From assembly GCA_963783885.1 (NCBI GenBank), contig CAWAPJ010000001.1:32001-96000 (forward strand): a stretch of 64,000 nt of DNA, written 5' to 3'. Positions within the stretch are counted from its first letter, which is position 1, and the number at the start of each line of letters is the position of its first letter. Below the pieces are notes generated by a model. That model searched no databases. It was not told the origin of the DNA and saw nothing but the letters and a program-made list of their open reading frames with translations. Positions 21,851 through 32,010 of the stretch are shown here, in pieces. The stretch comes from Waddliaceae bacterium (lineage in GTDB: Bacteria > Chlamydiota > Chlamydiia > Chlamydiales > SLFE01). Made by a program: the position numbers and the translations under genes.

Positions 21851-22776
21851 TGACTTGGTTTCAAATATTCAAGACTGCCGCCCGAGCATTTTTTACCGAT
21901 AAGGTCTCGCAAATGGGCGCGGCGCTTGCCTATTACACAATATTCTCGATCGCGCCCCTTTTGCTTATTGCGATTGCCATTGCAGGTTTTTTCTTCGGAA
22001 AAAGCGCGGCTCAAAGCGAAATCATCGAGGCGGTTAAAAACGCAACAGGTCCGCAGGCAGCCGGCATCATCCAAACCATGTTGATGAGCGCGGCAAGGCC
22101 GCAAACCGGATTAATTGCGACTATCACCGGAATCATCACCCTCGCTTTCGGTTCGCTTGGAGTTTTTAAACAGCTCAAGTACGCGATGAATTCTGTGTGG
22201 GAAGTGGCCCCCAAGCCAAGTCCGGGGCTGTGGTACTACTTGAAGACGTATATTTTCTCGTTCGGACTCGTCCTTGTAATAGGGGTGCTGCTTCTGGTTT
22301 CGCTGGCAGTTAGCGCGGCCCTTTCTTTAGCGGAGATGTATTTCGAAAAATTGCCCTGGGGAGGAGCAGTTTTGTGGAGCGCAGCCAACACGGCAGTATC
22401 ATTTCTGATTATCGTCTTATTATTCGGTATTGTCTTCAAAACACTGCCCGATGTTTACGTCCGCTGGCGCGATATCTGGCCGGGAGCCATTATTACCTCG
22501 CTGCTGTTTACAGCAGGCAAATTCGGTTTGGGATGGTACATTGCCCATGGAACAGCGGCATCGAGCTTTGGGGCCGCCGGCTCGCTGGTCGTGCTTCTGA
22601 TATGGGTATACTGGTCAGCCCAAATACTGCTTTTTGGAGCGGAGATTACCCAAGTCTTTGCAAACTCGAGGGGCAAGGGAATCAAGCCGAAACCCTACGC
22701 AATGAAAATACGCCGCCAGGTTCCAGTAGAACCCTCATCCGGTTCTGAGTCAAAAACCTATGAAAATATTTCTTGA
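21850..22776 (+). CDS. YihY/virulence factor BrkB family membrane protein
   Basis: GAALAYYTIFSIAPLL, LPDVYVRWRDIWPGA, FGAAGSLVVLLIWVYWSAQILLFGAE. Confidence 0.92.
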   Translation: MTWFQIFKTAARAFFTDKVSQMGAALAYYTIFSIAPLLLIAIAIAGFFFGKSAAQSEIIEAVKNATGPQAAGIIQTMLMSAARPQTGLIATITGIITLAFGSLGVFKQLKYAMNSVWEVAPKPSPGLWYYLKTYIFSFGLVLVIGVLLLVSLAVSAALSLAEMYFEKLPWGGAVLWSAANTAVSFLIIVLLFGIVFKTLPDVYVRWRDIWPGAIITSLLFTAGKFGLGWYIAHGTAASSFGAAGSLVVLLIWVYWSAQILLFGAEITQVFANSRGKGIKPKPYAMKIRRQVPVEPSSGSESKTYENIS

Positions 22777-22801
22777 CATGCCCATTTAACACTATTATAA
22801 T
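22773..22801 (+). promoter_or_regulatory. Perfect consensus sigma66/70 promoter of the T3SS operon
   Basis: TTGACA-17 nt-TATAAT, about 125 nt upstream of sctU. Confidence 0.75.
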
Positions 22802-22925
22802 ATAATAGAGAGGGAATAGAGTAGGAGAGAGTTGGCTCTCAAACACTTGCATAATACAAAAAGGCAATTTTTAGCCGAAAATCGGTTGTTTTGGGCTATT
22901 TCCTCCAAAAATCAAGAGTTTTTCT

Positions 22926-23999
22926 ATGGCTGAAAAGACCGAAAAAGCCACTCCGAAAAAGCTGCGGGATGCGAGGAAGAAGGGGCAGGTTGCCAAATCC
23001 CAGGATTTGCCGTCCGCTTTCACGTTTATCGCGTCGGTTTCCGCTGTTTTGGTCCTGACCGGTTATCTTTATCACAAGATAGCCGCCTTTACTATCGCCG
23101 CATTTTCTTCTGTGACGAATACCGACATGCTGCAAACCATTACCGGAATGTACGGTGAGGGAATACTCGTTATATTCGCGTGTGCGGGGCCGATTGTGAT
23201 TTTTGTCGCTTTTGTCGGCACAATGGTCAATTTTTTGGCGGTTGGCCCGGTTTTTGCTCCGGAAGTGTTCAAACCTGATATAAAGAAGTTCGATCCTATA
23301 CAAAACTTAAAGGCGAAATTCAAGTTTAAGACTCTGTTTGAACTACTTAAGTCGATATTTAAAATCTCGGTCGCCGCTTATCTGATCTACGGTGTGATGT
23401 ACAAGAGTTTGCCCGTGCTGACAAAGACTGTATCGCTTCCGCTTATTGGATCCTTGACGGTGTTTCATGCTTTTTTGATTGAAGTTCTCTGGAAGGTCGG
23501 ATTATTATTCATTGTTGTCGCAGTCGCCGATTTCATCTATCAGAGACGCAACTTCGCCAACGAAATGAAAATGGAAAAATTTGAAGTAAAACAGGAATAC
23601 AAGAATACTGAAGGAGACCCGCAGATTAAGAGCAAGCGAAGACAGATCGCCCAGGAAATCGCCTATGAGGAGGGGCCGTCCGCAGGCGTCAAAAAATCCA
23701 AAGCTGTGGTGACAAACCCGACCCACCTCGCCATAGGAATCGCCTATGACCAGGAAATCGACCAGGCACCATGGATTACGACTATGGGGAAAGATAAAAT
23801 GGCCGAACAAATCATTAAGCTGGCCAAAGAGAACAATATCCCGATAATGCGCAATATTCCGCTGGCACACGAACTTTGGGATAGTGGAGAGCTCTATGAC
23901 TATGTGCCGGAAGATACTTACGAGCTGCTGGCTGAAATCTTAAAGTGGGTCGCTACGCTGGAAGAAAACCAAGAACTTGGAATCATGGATATAGAATAG
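22926..23999 (+). CDS. sctU: T3SS export apparatus switch protein (YscU/CdsU)
   Basis: MAEKTEKATPKKLRDARKKGQVAKS; NPTH autocleavage motif; EGDPQIK. Confidence 0.96.
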   Translation: MAEKTEKATPKKLRDARKKGQVAKSQDLPSAFTFIASVSAVLVLTGYLYHKIAAFTIAAFSSVTNTDMLQTITGMYGEGILVIFACAGPIVIFVAFVGTMVNFLAVGPVFAPEVFKPDIKKFDPIQNLKAKFKFKTLFELLKSIFKISVAAYLIYGVMYKSLPVLTKTVSLPLIGSLTVFHAFLIEVLWKVGLLFIVVAVADFIYQRRNFANEMKMEKFEVKQEYKNTEGDPQIKSKRRQIAQEIAYEEGPSAGVKKSKAVVTNPTHLAIGIAYDQEIDQAPWITTMGKDKMAEQIIKLAKENNIPIMRNIPLAHELWDSGELYDYVPEDTYELLAEILKWVATLEENQELGIMDIE

Positions 24000-24012
24000 T
24001 AGGAATCAATCA

Positions 24013-26193
24013 ATGCTAAGATCAATAAGAAATGTACTAGATGGAATATCCGCAAGACTGGGCGGCGAAAAATCGATGAGCAACATTTCCAGGTCCAGCG
24101 ACTTAGTCCTTGTACTTGTCATTGTTGCCATTTTATCTCTGATTATCATACCCGTTCCGCCGGCCGCACTCGATTACTTCATTGCTTGCAACCTGATGGC
24201 CGCGATTTCCCTACTCATCGTATCGGTATATATCAAGAGTGCCATCGAACTGTCGATTTTTCCCTCCCTGCTGTTAATTACAACCCTTTATCGCCTGGGA
24301 CTCAACATTGCCACTACCAGGCAGATTCTTTTGCAGGCCAACGCAGGGAAAATCATTTTTGGTTTCGGCGATTTTGTGGTGGGAGGAAATTTTGTTGTAG
24401 GCGGTATTATCTTTTTAATTATCACGCTGGTTCAGTTCATCGTCATCGTTAAAGGAGCCGAAAGGGTCGCAGAGGTCGCGGCCCGCTTCACATTGGACGC
24501 TATGCCCGGTAAACAAATGAGTATTGATGCAGACCTGAGGGCGGGCATTATCGATTCCGACACCGCCCGTGAAAAACGATTGGGCATACAAAAGGAAAGC
24601 CAGCTCTACGGCGCCATGGACGGTGCGATGAAGTTCGTGAAAGGAGACGCCATTGCCGGCCTTGTGATTACGCTGATAAACATCGTCGGAGGACTGATTA
24701 TCGGTATCGCCTTAAATGGAATGGACGCGATGACAGCGGTGCATACCTACTCGATACTGTCCATCGGGGATGGACTCGTCTCTCAAATCCCCGCCCTGCT
24801 GATTTCGATCACTGCCGGTATTGTCACAACCCGTGTTTCCAGCGAGGAGACAAATACCAACTTGGGAGCGGATATTTCGAGCCAGATCATGGCCCAGCCG
24901 AAAGCGATTTTGATTGCCGGCGCCATCCTGCTGGCAATTGGACTCATCCCTGGTTTTCCCCTCCCTCCTTTTATGTTTTTGGCTTCAATCATGGGCCTCA
25001 TCGGCTACGCCCTCTGGTCGGCGGGACAAATGCGCGCAGAAAGGGAGATTGCGGCAGGCGGCCCCGGAGGCGAAGGGGGTACAGCGGCAGCTCCTTCGGT
25101 GCAAACGCCGGTCAAAGGGCATAAAGTTGTTTCAGGCGGAGGCATCGACTCTTATGCTCTCACGCTGCCCGTCATCTTGGAAGTAGGAGCCGAGCTGTCC
25201 CGTCTGATCACAGACTCGACGCGCGGGAAAAATGTCAGCTTTATCGACCAGATGATCCCGAAAATGCGCCACGCCCTCTATCACGACCTGGGCGTCCGCT
25301 TTCCCGGCGTCCACGTCAGAACAGACTCGCCGTCGCTTGAAAAAGACGAATATTCCATCCACCTCAACGAGGTGCCCATCATTCGTGGTAAAGTTCTGGA
25401 AGGAATGGTTCTCACCAATGAATCCGAGGACAACCTGCAAAGGTACAATCTTCCGTTTACCACATATAAAAATTCTCTCGGGCTTCCCTCTCAATGGGTC
25501 GAAAAGCAATATCAGGAGCTTCTCGACAAAGCCGGCATTAAATACTGGGGCCCTCTTGAGGTGGTGATCCTGCATTTGTCTTACTTTTTCAGGGGCTATG
25601 CGGGAGAATTCGTGGGAATTCAGGAAACCAAAGCCATGCTTGAATTTATGGAAAAATCCTTCCCCGACCTAGTCAAGGAAGTGACCCGCCTGATTCCCCT
25701 GCAAAAGATGACCGATATCATGAAACGGCTCATCCAGGAGCAGATATCGGTCAAGGATCTGAGAACGATTTTAGAATCGCTCAGCGAATGGGCGCAGACC
25801 GAAAAAGACACCGTTCTTCTGACCGAATACGTGAGGTCTTCGCTCAAAAGATATATAAGCTATAAATATTCTCAGGGCCAATCCGTCCTTTCGGTGTATA
25901 TATTGGACCCCGAGATTGAAGACATGGTGCGAGGCGCCATTAAACAAACGTCCGCGGGCTCATACCTGGCCTTGGACCCCGACTCTGTGCAACTCATTCT
26001 GCAGAGCGTCAGATCAACCGTCGCCCCTCCCCCTCCGGGAGGCCAGCCCCCGGTGATCCTGACCGCTATCGACGTTCGCCGATTCGTTCGCAAACTGATC
26101 GAAATGGAATTTACCGATATTTCTGTGGTCTCCTATCAGGAGATCGTCTCCGACATCCGCATACAGCCCTTGGGACGGATACAAATATCGTAA
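24013..26193 (+). CDS. sctV: T3SS major export gate protein (LcrD/CdsV)
   Basis: RVAEVAARFTLDAMPGKQMSIDADL, GAMDGAMKFVKGDA. Confidence 0.97.
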   Translation: MLRSIRNVLDGISARLGGEKSMSNISRSSDLVLVLVIVAILSLIIIPVPPAALDYFIACNLMAAISLLIVSVYIKSAIELSIFPSLLLITTLYRLGLNIATTRQILLQANAGKIIFGFGDFVVGGNFVVGGIIFLIITLVQFIVIVKGAERVAEVAARFTLDAMPGKQMSIDADLRAGIIDSDTAREKRLGIQKESQLYGAMDGAMKFVKGDAIAGLVITLINIVGGLIIGIALNGMDAMTAVHTYSILSIGDGLVSQIPALLISITAGIVTTRVSSEETNTNLGADISSQIMAQPKAILIAGAILLAIGLIPGFPLPPFMFLASIMGLIGYALWSAGQMRAEREIAAGGPGGEGGTAAAPSVQTPVKGHKVVSGGGIDSYALTLPVILEVGAELSRLITDSTRGKNVSFIDQMIPKMRHALYHDLGVRFPGVHVRTDSPSLEKDEYSIHLNEVPIIRGKVLEGMVLTNESEDNLQRYNLPFTTYKNSLGLPSQWVEKQYQELLDKAGIKYWGPLEVVILHLSYFFRGYAGEFVGIQETKAMLEFMEKSFPDLVKEVTRLIPLQKMTDIMKRLIQEQISVKDLRTILESLSEWAQTEKDTVLLTEYVRSSLKRYISYKYSQGQSVLSVYILDPEIEDMVRGAIKQTSAGSYLALDPDSVQLILQSVRSTVAPPPPGGQPPVILTAIDVRRFVRKLIEMEFTDISVVSYQEIVSDIRIQPLGRIQIS

Positions 26194-26211
26194 AAAAACA
26201 AGAGGTGATTT

Positions 26212-27258
26212 ATGTCTATAAATCCAGAAGCCGTAAGCCAATTCTTAGGGATGAAAGTCGACGAGATGGCAGACAAACTGCAAATCTATGAACAAAAACT
26301 AGCTAAAGCTATAGATATCAAAGAAGATGCCGCCCTTTCCAGACAGCTTGACGCCAGCCTAAAAATGCGAAGCAGAACGACCCAAGAGCTGAAAAAGAAA
26401 GGAAAACCTGTTTTGCAACGGGTGAAAAGAGCCGAAAAAGCGGAAAAACCGGAAGAAGAAGCTCCTGTTGAAGAAGGCGCAGAAGTCAGAGAAGTTGGCA
26501 TGAAAGGCGAAGTAAAATCCGAAGAGGAGACAAAAAAAGAGCTGCTCGCAAAATTTGAAGAAACCGGAAAGAAAGACGCCGAACTCAACCATATTCAAAA
26601 CGCCGAATCATTCATCAAAAAACTGCATAGCGGCGTGGCCTACGAAGAGATCATCTCCTCTTTGATCGGCAGCAAGTTCGGATCCTATCCTAACAGGCCG
26701 GACGAGGCTCAAAAAGAGGCCATTAAACGAGCCGATAAAATATTGGATGAGATCATCAAGGATCCCAGAACCCACATAGAACTTAAGCTCACCTCCAAAG
26801 AAGCCAAAGAGGTTAAAGAAAAAATTCCCGACTTTATAAAAGCCTTCTGGTCCCATACTGAACTTGACAGACACAGTCCTTTATTCGGCCAGCCCACATC
26901 ACGCGCAGTCGCCTACAGAGTAAAATTAGAAGATGATTACGCTGCAAAAAATCCTACCTTTAAGTTGGAGGAAGCAATAAAGACTCTCAGTACCTTGAGC
27001 GAGAGCCAAGCTCACATCCAATTCTGCTTAAGATATACCAAAGACGAGCTTGTTCCTCTATTCACTGTATTTGGACGTGAGAAAGGCGATTTTGTCAATT
27101 CGGAAGGCGACCACATTTCCAACGCATATTTACGGGATATCATTGAAGTTCTCAGAAACAACACAGGTTTTAAGCAAGTATATGTCATCATAGACAAAGA
27201 ACTGGCCACTTGGATGAAAGAATGGTACAAGAAAATTGGGCCCGCCGAAATCGGGTAG
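26212..27258 (+). CDS. copN: T3SS gatekeeper, N-terminal YopN-like part of CopN (divergent)
   Basis: Occupies the copN slot between sctV and the chaperone gene. The C-terminal helix pattern (GDHISNAYLRDIIEVLR...VY) resembles the CopN/HrpJ domain end. Confidence 0.6.
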   Translation: MSINPEAVSQFLGMKVDEMADKLQIYEQKLAKAIDIKEDAALSRQLDASLKMRSRTTQELKKKGKPVLQRVKRAEKAEKPEEEAPVEEGAEVREVGMKGEVKSEEETKKELLAKFEETGKKDAELNHIQNAESFIKKLHSGVAYEEIISSLIGSKFGSYPNRPDEAQKEAIKRADKILDEIIKDPRTHIELKLTSKEAKEVKEKIPDFIKAFWSHTELDRHSPLFGQPTSRAVAYRVKLEDDYAAKNPTFKLEEAIKTLSTLSESQAHIQFCLRYTKDELVPLFTVFGREKGDFVNSEGDHISNAYLRDIIEVLRNNTGFKQVYVIIDKELATWMKEWYKKIGPAEIG

Positions 27259-27276
27259 ATTAAATAGAGGTTGGCT

Positions 27277-27705
27277 ATGGCAAGGCGAAAAGTCCCTTTC
27301 GCTGAGATTAGAAAAGCTTTTCCGCAGGAAATCGACGCCGAGTTGATATCCAAACAATTTTTGCAGTTTGCAAGAGACCGCTACCCCTCTTCCGATAAAG
27401 CGCTGCAAAACGCTAATGTCATTCTTTCCCGTGTCAATATACAAGATCCCATTAAACTCATTAGAGCCAGAATCATTATTCTAAGCGTTATGCGTAATGC
27501 AGTGAGACAGGTGGATCCACGCTATGTCTACAACTCGCCCCAGCATCGCGATGAAGTCTACGCCGCTATCATCGAAGCCCTCGAGGGTCTGGAAGAAGAG
27601 CTCGAAGAGCTTGAGGAAGAAGCTCTTCTCGAGGAAGAAGAGCTCGAGGGTGAGGAAGTTGAAGAAATTGATATTGAAGACTTTGGATTTAATTTGGAGT
27701 TATAA
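27277..27705 (+). CDS. TyeA-like C-terminal CopN domain encoded as a separate gene
   Basis: SKQFLQFARDRYPSSDK...IIILSVMRNAVRQVDPR...HRDEVYAAIIEALE matches the CopN C-terminus. Acidic tail; own AGAGG RBS. Confidence 0.72.
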   Translation: MARRKVPFAEIRKAFPQEIDAELISKQFLQFARDRYPSSDKALQNANVILSRVNIQDPIKLIRARIIILSVMRNAVRQVDPRYVYNSPQHRDEVYAAIIEALEGLEEELEELEEEALLEEEELEGEEVEEIDIEDFGFNLEL

Positions 27706-27708
27706 TTT

Positions 27709-28176
27709 ATGCCTAAATCCCCCTTAACCAATATTGTTGATGACCTTGTAAAAAGCCTCGGCCTCAATATCGAGATAAAAGACAGCCCTTCCTATACCTT
27801 CACATTGGGAGGTCGGGCCATGCAGATCGAAATGGACGATGAAGGAGAATTTGTCATCGTCAGCGCCCTTCTGGGAAAGGTTCCCTCAGGTATGTATAGG
27901 CAAAATGTTCTCGAGCAAGCCTTAAAATCCAATGGCTACCCGCCCCCGTACTTCGGTATTTTAGGTTTCGATGCCTCCTCCGAAAGCCTGGTTTTGCACC
28001 GCCGCTTTCCCCTTTCAAAAATGACAAAAAAATCCTTAATCGAACAGCTTCCCGGTTTTATTGAAATGGCCAAAAACTGGGAAAGGGCTTTGAGCAGCTC
28101 GACAACGCCGGTTGCCTCAAAACCCGACCCGTCCCAAGCCCCCGACATCCTGGAAATCTTGGGAATTAAAAAATGA
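27709..28176 (+). CDS. scc1: Class I T3SS chaperone (CesT/SycE family, Scc1)
   Basis: 155 aa; LGKVPSGMYRQNVLEQALKSNG; C-terminal amphipathic helix; syntenic between copN and malQ. Confidence 0.85.
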   Translation: MPKSPLTNIVDDLVKSLGLNIEIKDSPSYTFTLGGRAMQIEMDDEGEFVIVSALLGKVPSGMYRQNVLEQALKSNGYPPPYFGILGFDASSESLVLHRRFPLSKMTKKSLIEQLPGFIEMAKNWERALSSSTTPVASKPDPSQAPDILEILGIKK

Positions 28177-29754
28177 CCGTTGATGATGAGACTTTGCAAG
28201 CGATTAGGCAAACCGCTGCAGCCGGGCAATGGGAAAAAGTCGGCATCAAGCATCATCACGGCATTCTCACGCCCGTTTTTTCTTTAAGAAGCCTAGACAG
28301 CATGGGCATCGGCGAATATTCCGACCTGATGTATCTGGTGGATTGGTGCGCTGATCTCGGGATGAACGTCATCCAGATCCTTCCCGTCAACGACCCGGGC
28401 CTCGATTCGAGCCCTTATAACGCCATTTCCGCAAATGCCTTAAACCCCCTCAATCTCGGTTTGAGGCACCTTCCCGATTTCTTTGAAACAGAAGACATCT
28501 ATACCCTGACAGAACTCAACAAGCTCCAAAGGGTCGATTATCCGAAAGTCCGGATTCACAAATTCAATTATCTGAAGGATTACTTTGCCAAAGTCGGCAA
28601 GCAAATCGTAGAATCGGAAGAATACAAACACTTTGTCAATGACAATCCCTGGCTGAAAGGATATTCCGTCTTCAAAATTTTGAAGATAGGACACGACTGG
28701 AGATCCTGGCAAACATGGGACGAGGAAGTCCGCACGCCAAGCGATAAGCTCCTCGACCGTATCAAAAAAGAAATGTCTGAGGAGTACAATTTTCATATCT
28801 TTGTGCAGTTTTTGTGCTTCAAACAACTCCAGGACGTCAAAAAAGCCGCCAATCGGAAAGGTATTTTGCTCAAAGGTGATATTCCGATCCTTATCAGCCC
28901 CGACAGCGAAGAAGTGTGGTGCCACCGCAGTCTTTTCGATCTGGGACTCTCCGCGGGAGCGCCTCCGGATATCTATAATGTCGACGGGCAGAACTGGGGC
29001 TTTCCCCTTTTCAATTGGGACAAATTGAAAGAGCAGGATTATCATTGGTGGAAACTGCGTCTCGACACCGCTTCGAAGCTCTATGACATATACCGCCTGG
29101 ACCACATAATGGGTTTTTTCCGAATATGGGCCATACCGGACGACATTCCTCCTGATCGACGGGTACTACGTCCCCAACGGCCACGCCGAATGGTATAAAG
29201 CGGGCAAAGAACGCCTTGAAATGATGCTCAGCTGCTCCGAAATGCTGCCTATCGGCGAGGATCTCGGAACCGTTCCTGAAGGGGTGCACGATGTGATGGA
29301 AAAAATGGGAATCCCCGGCATGAGGGTCCTTCGTTTAAAGAGAAGCGACTACAGCCTCGCCTGGTCGAAAAAATTCCCCGCGCTCAGCCTTAGCACCGTC
29401 TCGACCCACGATGGAGAAACCGTCGATCTTTGGTGGCGCAACAATCCTGAAGAAGTCGATATTTTCTGCTATTATAAGCGTTGGAAGCACACCCCGCTGA
29501 TCACGCAAGAGCAGCGAATTAAACTCCTTCAAGAGAGCCACAGCAGCACCAGCCTCTTCCACATCAACCTCCTTTCCGAATACCTGGCCCTTTTTCCCGA
29601 ACTTGTGTGGGAAAATATGGAAGACGAGAGGATCAACCGTCCCGGCGTAATGTCAGACCGCAACTGGAGCATCCGCCACCGTCCGCTTCTTGAAGAAATC
29701 GCCAGCCACAAATCCCTAAAAGATGTCATCAAAAACGAAATCCTCTCTTGCTGA
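28173..29754 (+). pseudogene. malQ: 4-alpha-glucanotransferase (amylomaltase) with a 1-nt frameshift near 29151
   Basis: First frame: QILPVND, SSPY, KGDIP, GAPPD, GQNWGFP, RLDHIMGFFRIW. Second frame: IGEDLG, STHD, RINRPG, NW. Removing one base at about 29151 joins them. Confidence 0.85.
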
Positions 29755-29901
29755 CCACCGCTTCTGCCAACGCTGCATTCCTAATGGAGTTGTTCTCTAA
29801 TTGCTGATTTAGCAAATGAAAGACTAACGGTTACCAGTATTGATGACCATTTATGCTATTCCCTCTTGAGAATTACGGCCATACCCGTTATCTTAAAAAG
29901 C

Positions 29902-31428
29902 ATGAAAGGGCTATGGATCGTCTTACTGGTGCTCGTCGCGGCCCAAGTCTATGGAAACGACAAAAAACTCAGGACATTGCTAAGCAGCCTCGACCCGAAA
30001 TCCGTCTCGCAAAATCTAGCCTTTTATCAACTCTATCCCGAAACAACTGAAGGACATACAGCCCTCCAAAGGGCTTGGGGGCTTATATCGGGCCGCCCCG
30101 GCCAGCCGGGGGCTCTCGCAGCGCTCCCCTCCTCAGACGCCCTGCAGGCGCTGATCTCCCTTGTCAATAAGCAGCCGGAAGAAAAACCGCCCCCTCTTAC
30201 AGCTCAAGACCTAGGGACAATCAATCAACTCTCACGGGGGCTGAAAAATCGAAAGCTCAAGGGATTCGGCGCCTCAAGGGAAGAGGACGTGATCAGGCTT
30301 CCCCCCGAAGAAATCGATCTCGCCAGGGGACTCTTCTTAAGCCAGCTTGGACGAAACATTGTATCGTGGGATGAAATTTACACTTACGAGGCCATGATGG
30401 ACTTGATGGCCTTGCAAATCCAAGCGCGCCTTGGCCCTTATCCCGAACCGGAAGAAGTTGTCAGAGAAATGAATCGATTTGTCTTCGAAGAGATGGAGTT
30501 CCGGTTCCCTCCACACTCCGTTTACTCTAAAGACATCGACCTCTACACCTTTCTTCCCAATGTTCTCGACTCCAGAAGAGGGGTCTGCCTTGGAGTCTCT
30601 ATTCTCTATCTTTGCCTGGCTCAGAGACTCGGCGTCCCCCTGGAAATTATCACTCCTCCCGGCCACATCTATGTCCGCTACCGCAAAGGGGACCATATCA
30701 TCAATATCGAGACGACGGCGCGGGGAATAGATATGGAGTCGGAGGCCTATCTCGGCATGAATACGAGAAGTCTTCAAAAGAGGAATCTCAAAGAAACCAT
30801 CGGGTTTGCCCATGTGAACCAGGCATCGATTTTCTTAAATAAAGAGCACATACAAAAAGCCAGGGATTGTTATGAAATCGCCTTAAATTATATCGAGAAC
30901 GACTCGCAAATTTCAGAACTTTACGCCTATTCCCTCATGCTGACAGGGGAAAAAGAAAAAGGGCTGAACCTCTTGCAAAAAACGCATGCGGCGATCCCCG
31001 AATATGCCGTGATCAAAGACCCTTTGAGCGAGGACCTGCTTTTCGGCAACACCGACGAAGAAGGTCTTTATTCCTGCTTTCACTATGTTGACGACCAAAG
31101 GCAGTCGCTGATTAAAAAAAAGGAAATGCTTCAAGCCACTCTGGAAAAGCAGCCCCTTTTTCGAAGCGGCTGGCTCAACCTCGGCATCACACTTACTCAG
31201 CTGCATCGCGAAGGCGAGGCACTTGACATCCTAAAAAAGCTTCATAAGCTCGATGCCAACAACCCCACCGTCGAATACATTTTAACGATCCTTTGCGCCA
31301 AACGATTTGAATTTGACGAGGCCTGGAAGCACTGCCATAAAGCTGAAGAGATTGTCCTCTCCAGAGGCCATATGCCGAGAGCTTTGAAAGAATTAAAAAA
31401 ACAACTCTCTATTCTGTATCCCGAGTGA
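29902..31428 (+). CDS. Exported transglutaminase-like (SirB1-type) + TPR protein
   Basis: Signal peptide; VLDSRRGVCLGVSILY, TPPGHIYVR, NIETT; C-terminal TPR-like helices. Confidence 0.75.
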   Translation: MKGLWIVLLVLVAAQVYGNDKKLRTLLSSLDPKSVSQNLAFYQLYPETTEGHTALQRAWGLISGRPGQPGALAALPSSDALQALISLVNKQPEEKPPPLTAQDLGTINQLSRGLKNRKLKGFGASREEDVIRLPPEEIDLARGLFLSQLGRNIVSWDEIYTYEAMMDLMALQIQARLGPYPEPEEVVREMNRFVFEEMEFRFPPHSVYSKDIDLYTFLPNVLDSRRGVCLGVSILYLCLAQRLGVPLEIITPPGHIYVRYRKGDHIINIETTARGIDMESEAYLGMNTRSLQKRNLKETIGFAHVNQASIFLNKEHIQKARDCYEIALNYIENDSQISELYAYSLMLTGEKEKGLNLLQKTHAAIPEYAVIKDPLSEDLLFGNTDEEGLYSCFHYVDDQRQSLIKKKEMLQATLEKQPLFRSGWLNLGITLTQLHREGEALDILKKLHKLDANNPTVEYILTILCAKRFEFDEAWKHCHKAEEIVLSRGHMPRALKELKKQLSILYPE

Positions 31429-31437
31429 GGTGCCCCT

Positions 31438-31998
31438 ATGATAGGATCTCAAAATATCATCAGACCAAATACCGAGTTCGGGAAATCACTGGCAAAATTA
31501 GGTTATCCCATTGCAAAAACACTCTCCTTATCTCAATCCTGTTCAAAAACTCTGAAAAGAGCCTGGGAATGCATCGGCTCAAACAGCGCCGAAACCTATC
31601 GGATTGAAGGGCTGATCTTTTCCCCGATTTCCTTTTCCCGATTTACAGAATCACTAAAAACCGCTCGATGCAGGCGCCTGATACTCACAGACATTACATT
31701 CAAAACAGGATCGCTTTCTGTCCACATTCCCAATCTCCTTCAAAGAACCTCATCCAACAGCCGCATTCGTCATTTGGCCTTAAATCGCTGTCAACTGTCC
31801 TACGAGCATGCCTATCTGATCGCCTGCCATTTGCAAAGAACAGACCTCAAAAGCCTCGATCTGACCGAAAATGCCTTGGGACTCGAGGAGCAAAAACTTC
31901 TGCTTCCAGTTAGAATGAATCAAGAAGTTACTTTAAATTGCGACCCTTTAAATAGGGAAGATCAAAAAACATTTGACGCATATATAGAAAAACTTTAA
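31438..31998 (+). CDS. Small hypothetical protein with 2-3 RI-like LRRs
   Basis: IRHLALNRCQLSYEHAYLIACHLQRTDLKSLDLTENALG. Confidence 0.6.
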   Translation: MIGSQNIIRPNTEFGKSLAKLGYPIAKTLSLSQSCSKTLKRAWECIGSNSAETYRIEGLIFSPISFSRFTESLKTARCRRLILTDITFKTGSLSVHIPNLLQRTSSNSRIRHLALNRCQLSYEHAYLIACHLQRTDLKSLDLTENALGLEEQKLLLPVRMNQEVTLNCDPLNREDQKTFDAYIEKL

Positions 31999-32010
31999 TA
32001 GGAGATGGAA

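Noticed and set aside
22832-22851. Possible sigma54 promoter TTGGC...TTGCA before sctU
   Set aside because: GG-to-GC spacing is 13 nt, not the required 10.
27256-27279. Stop-codon readthrough or recoding to fuse the CopN halves
   Set aside because: It would need two TAG readthroughs. TAG is an ordinary stop elsewhere in the window, and the second ORF has its own RBS.
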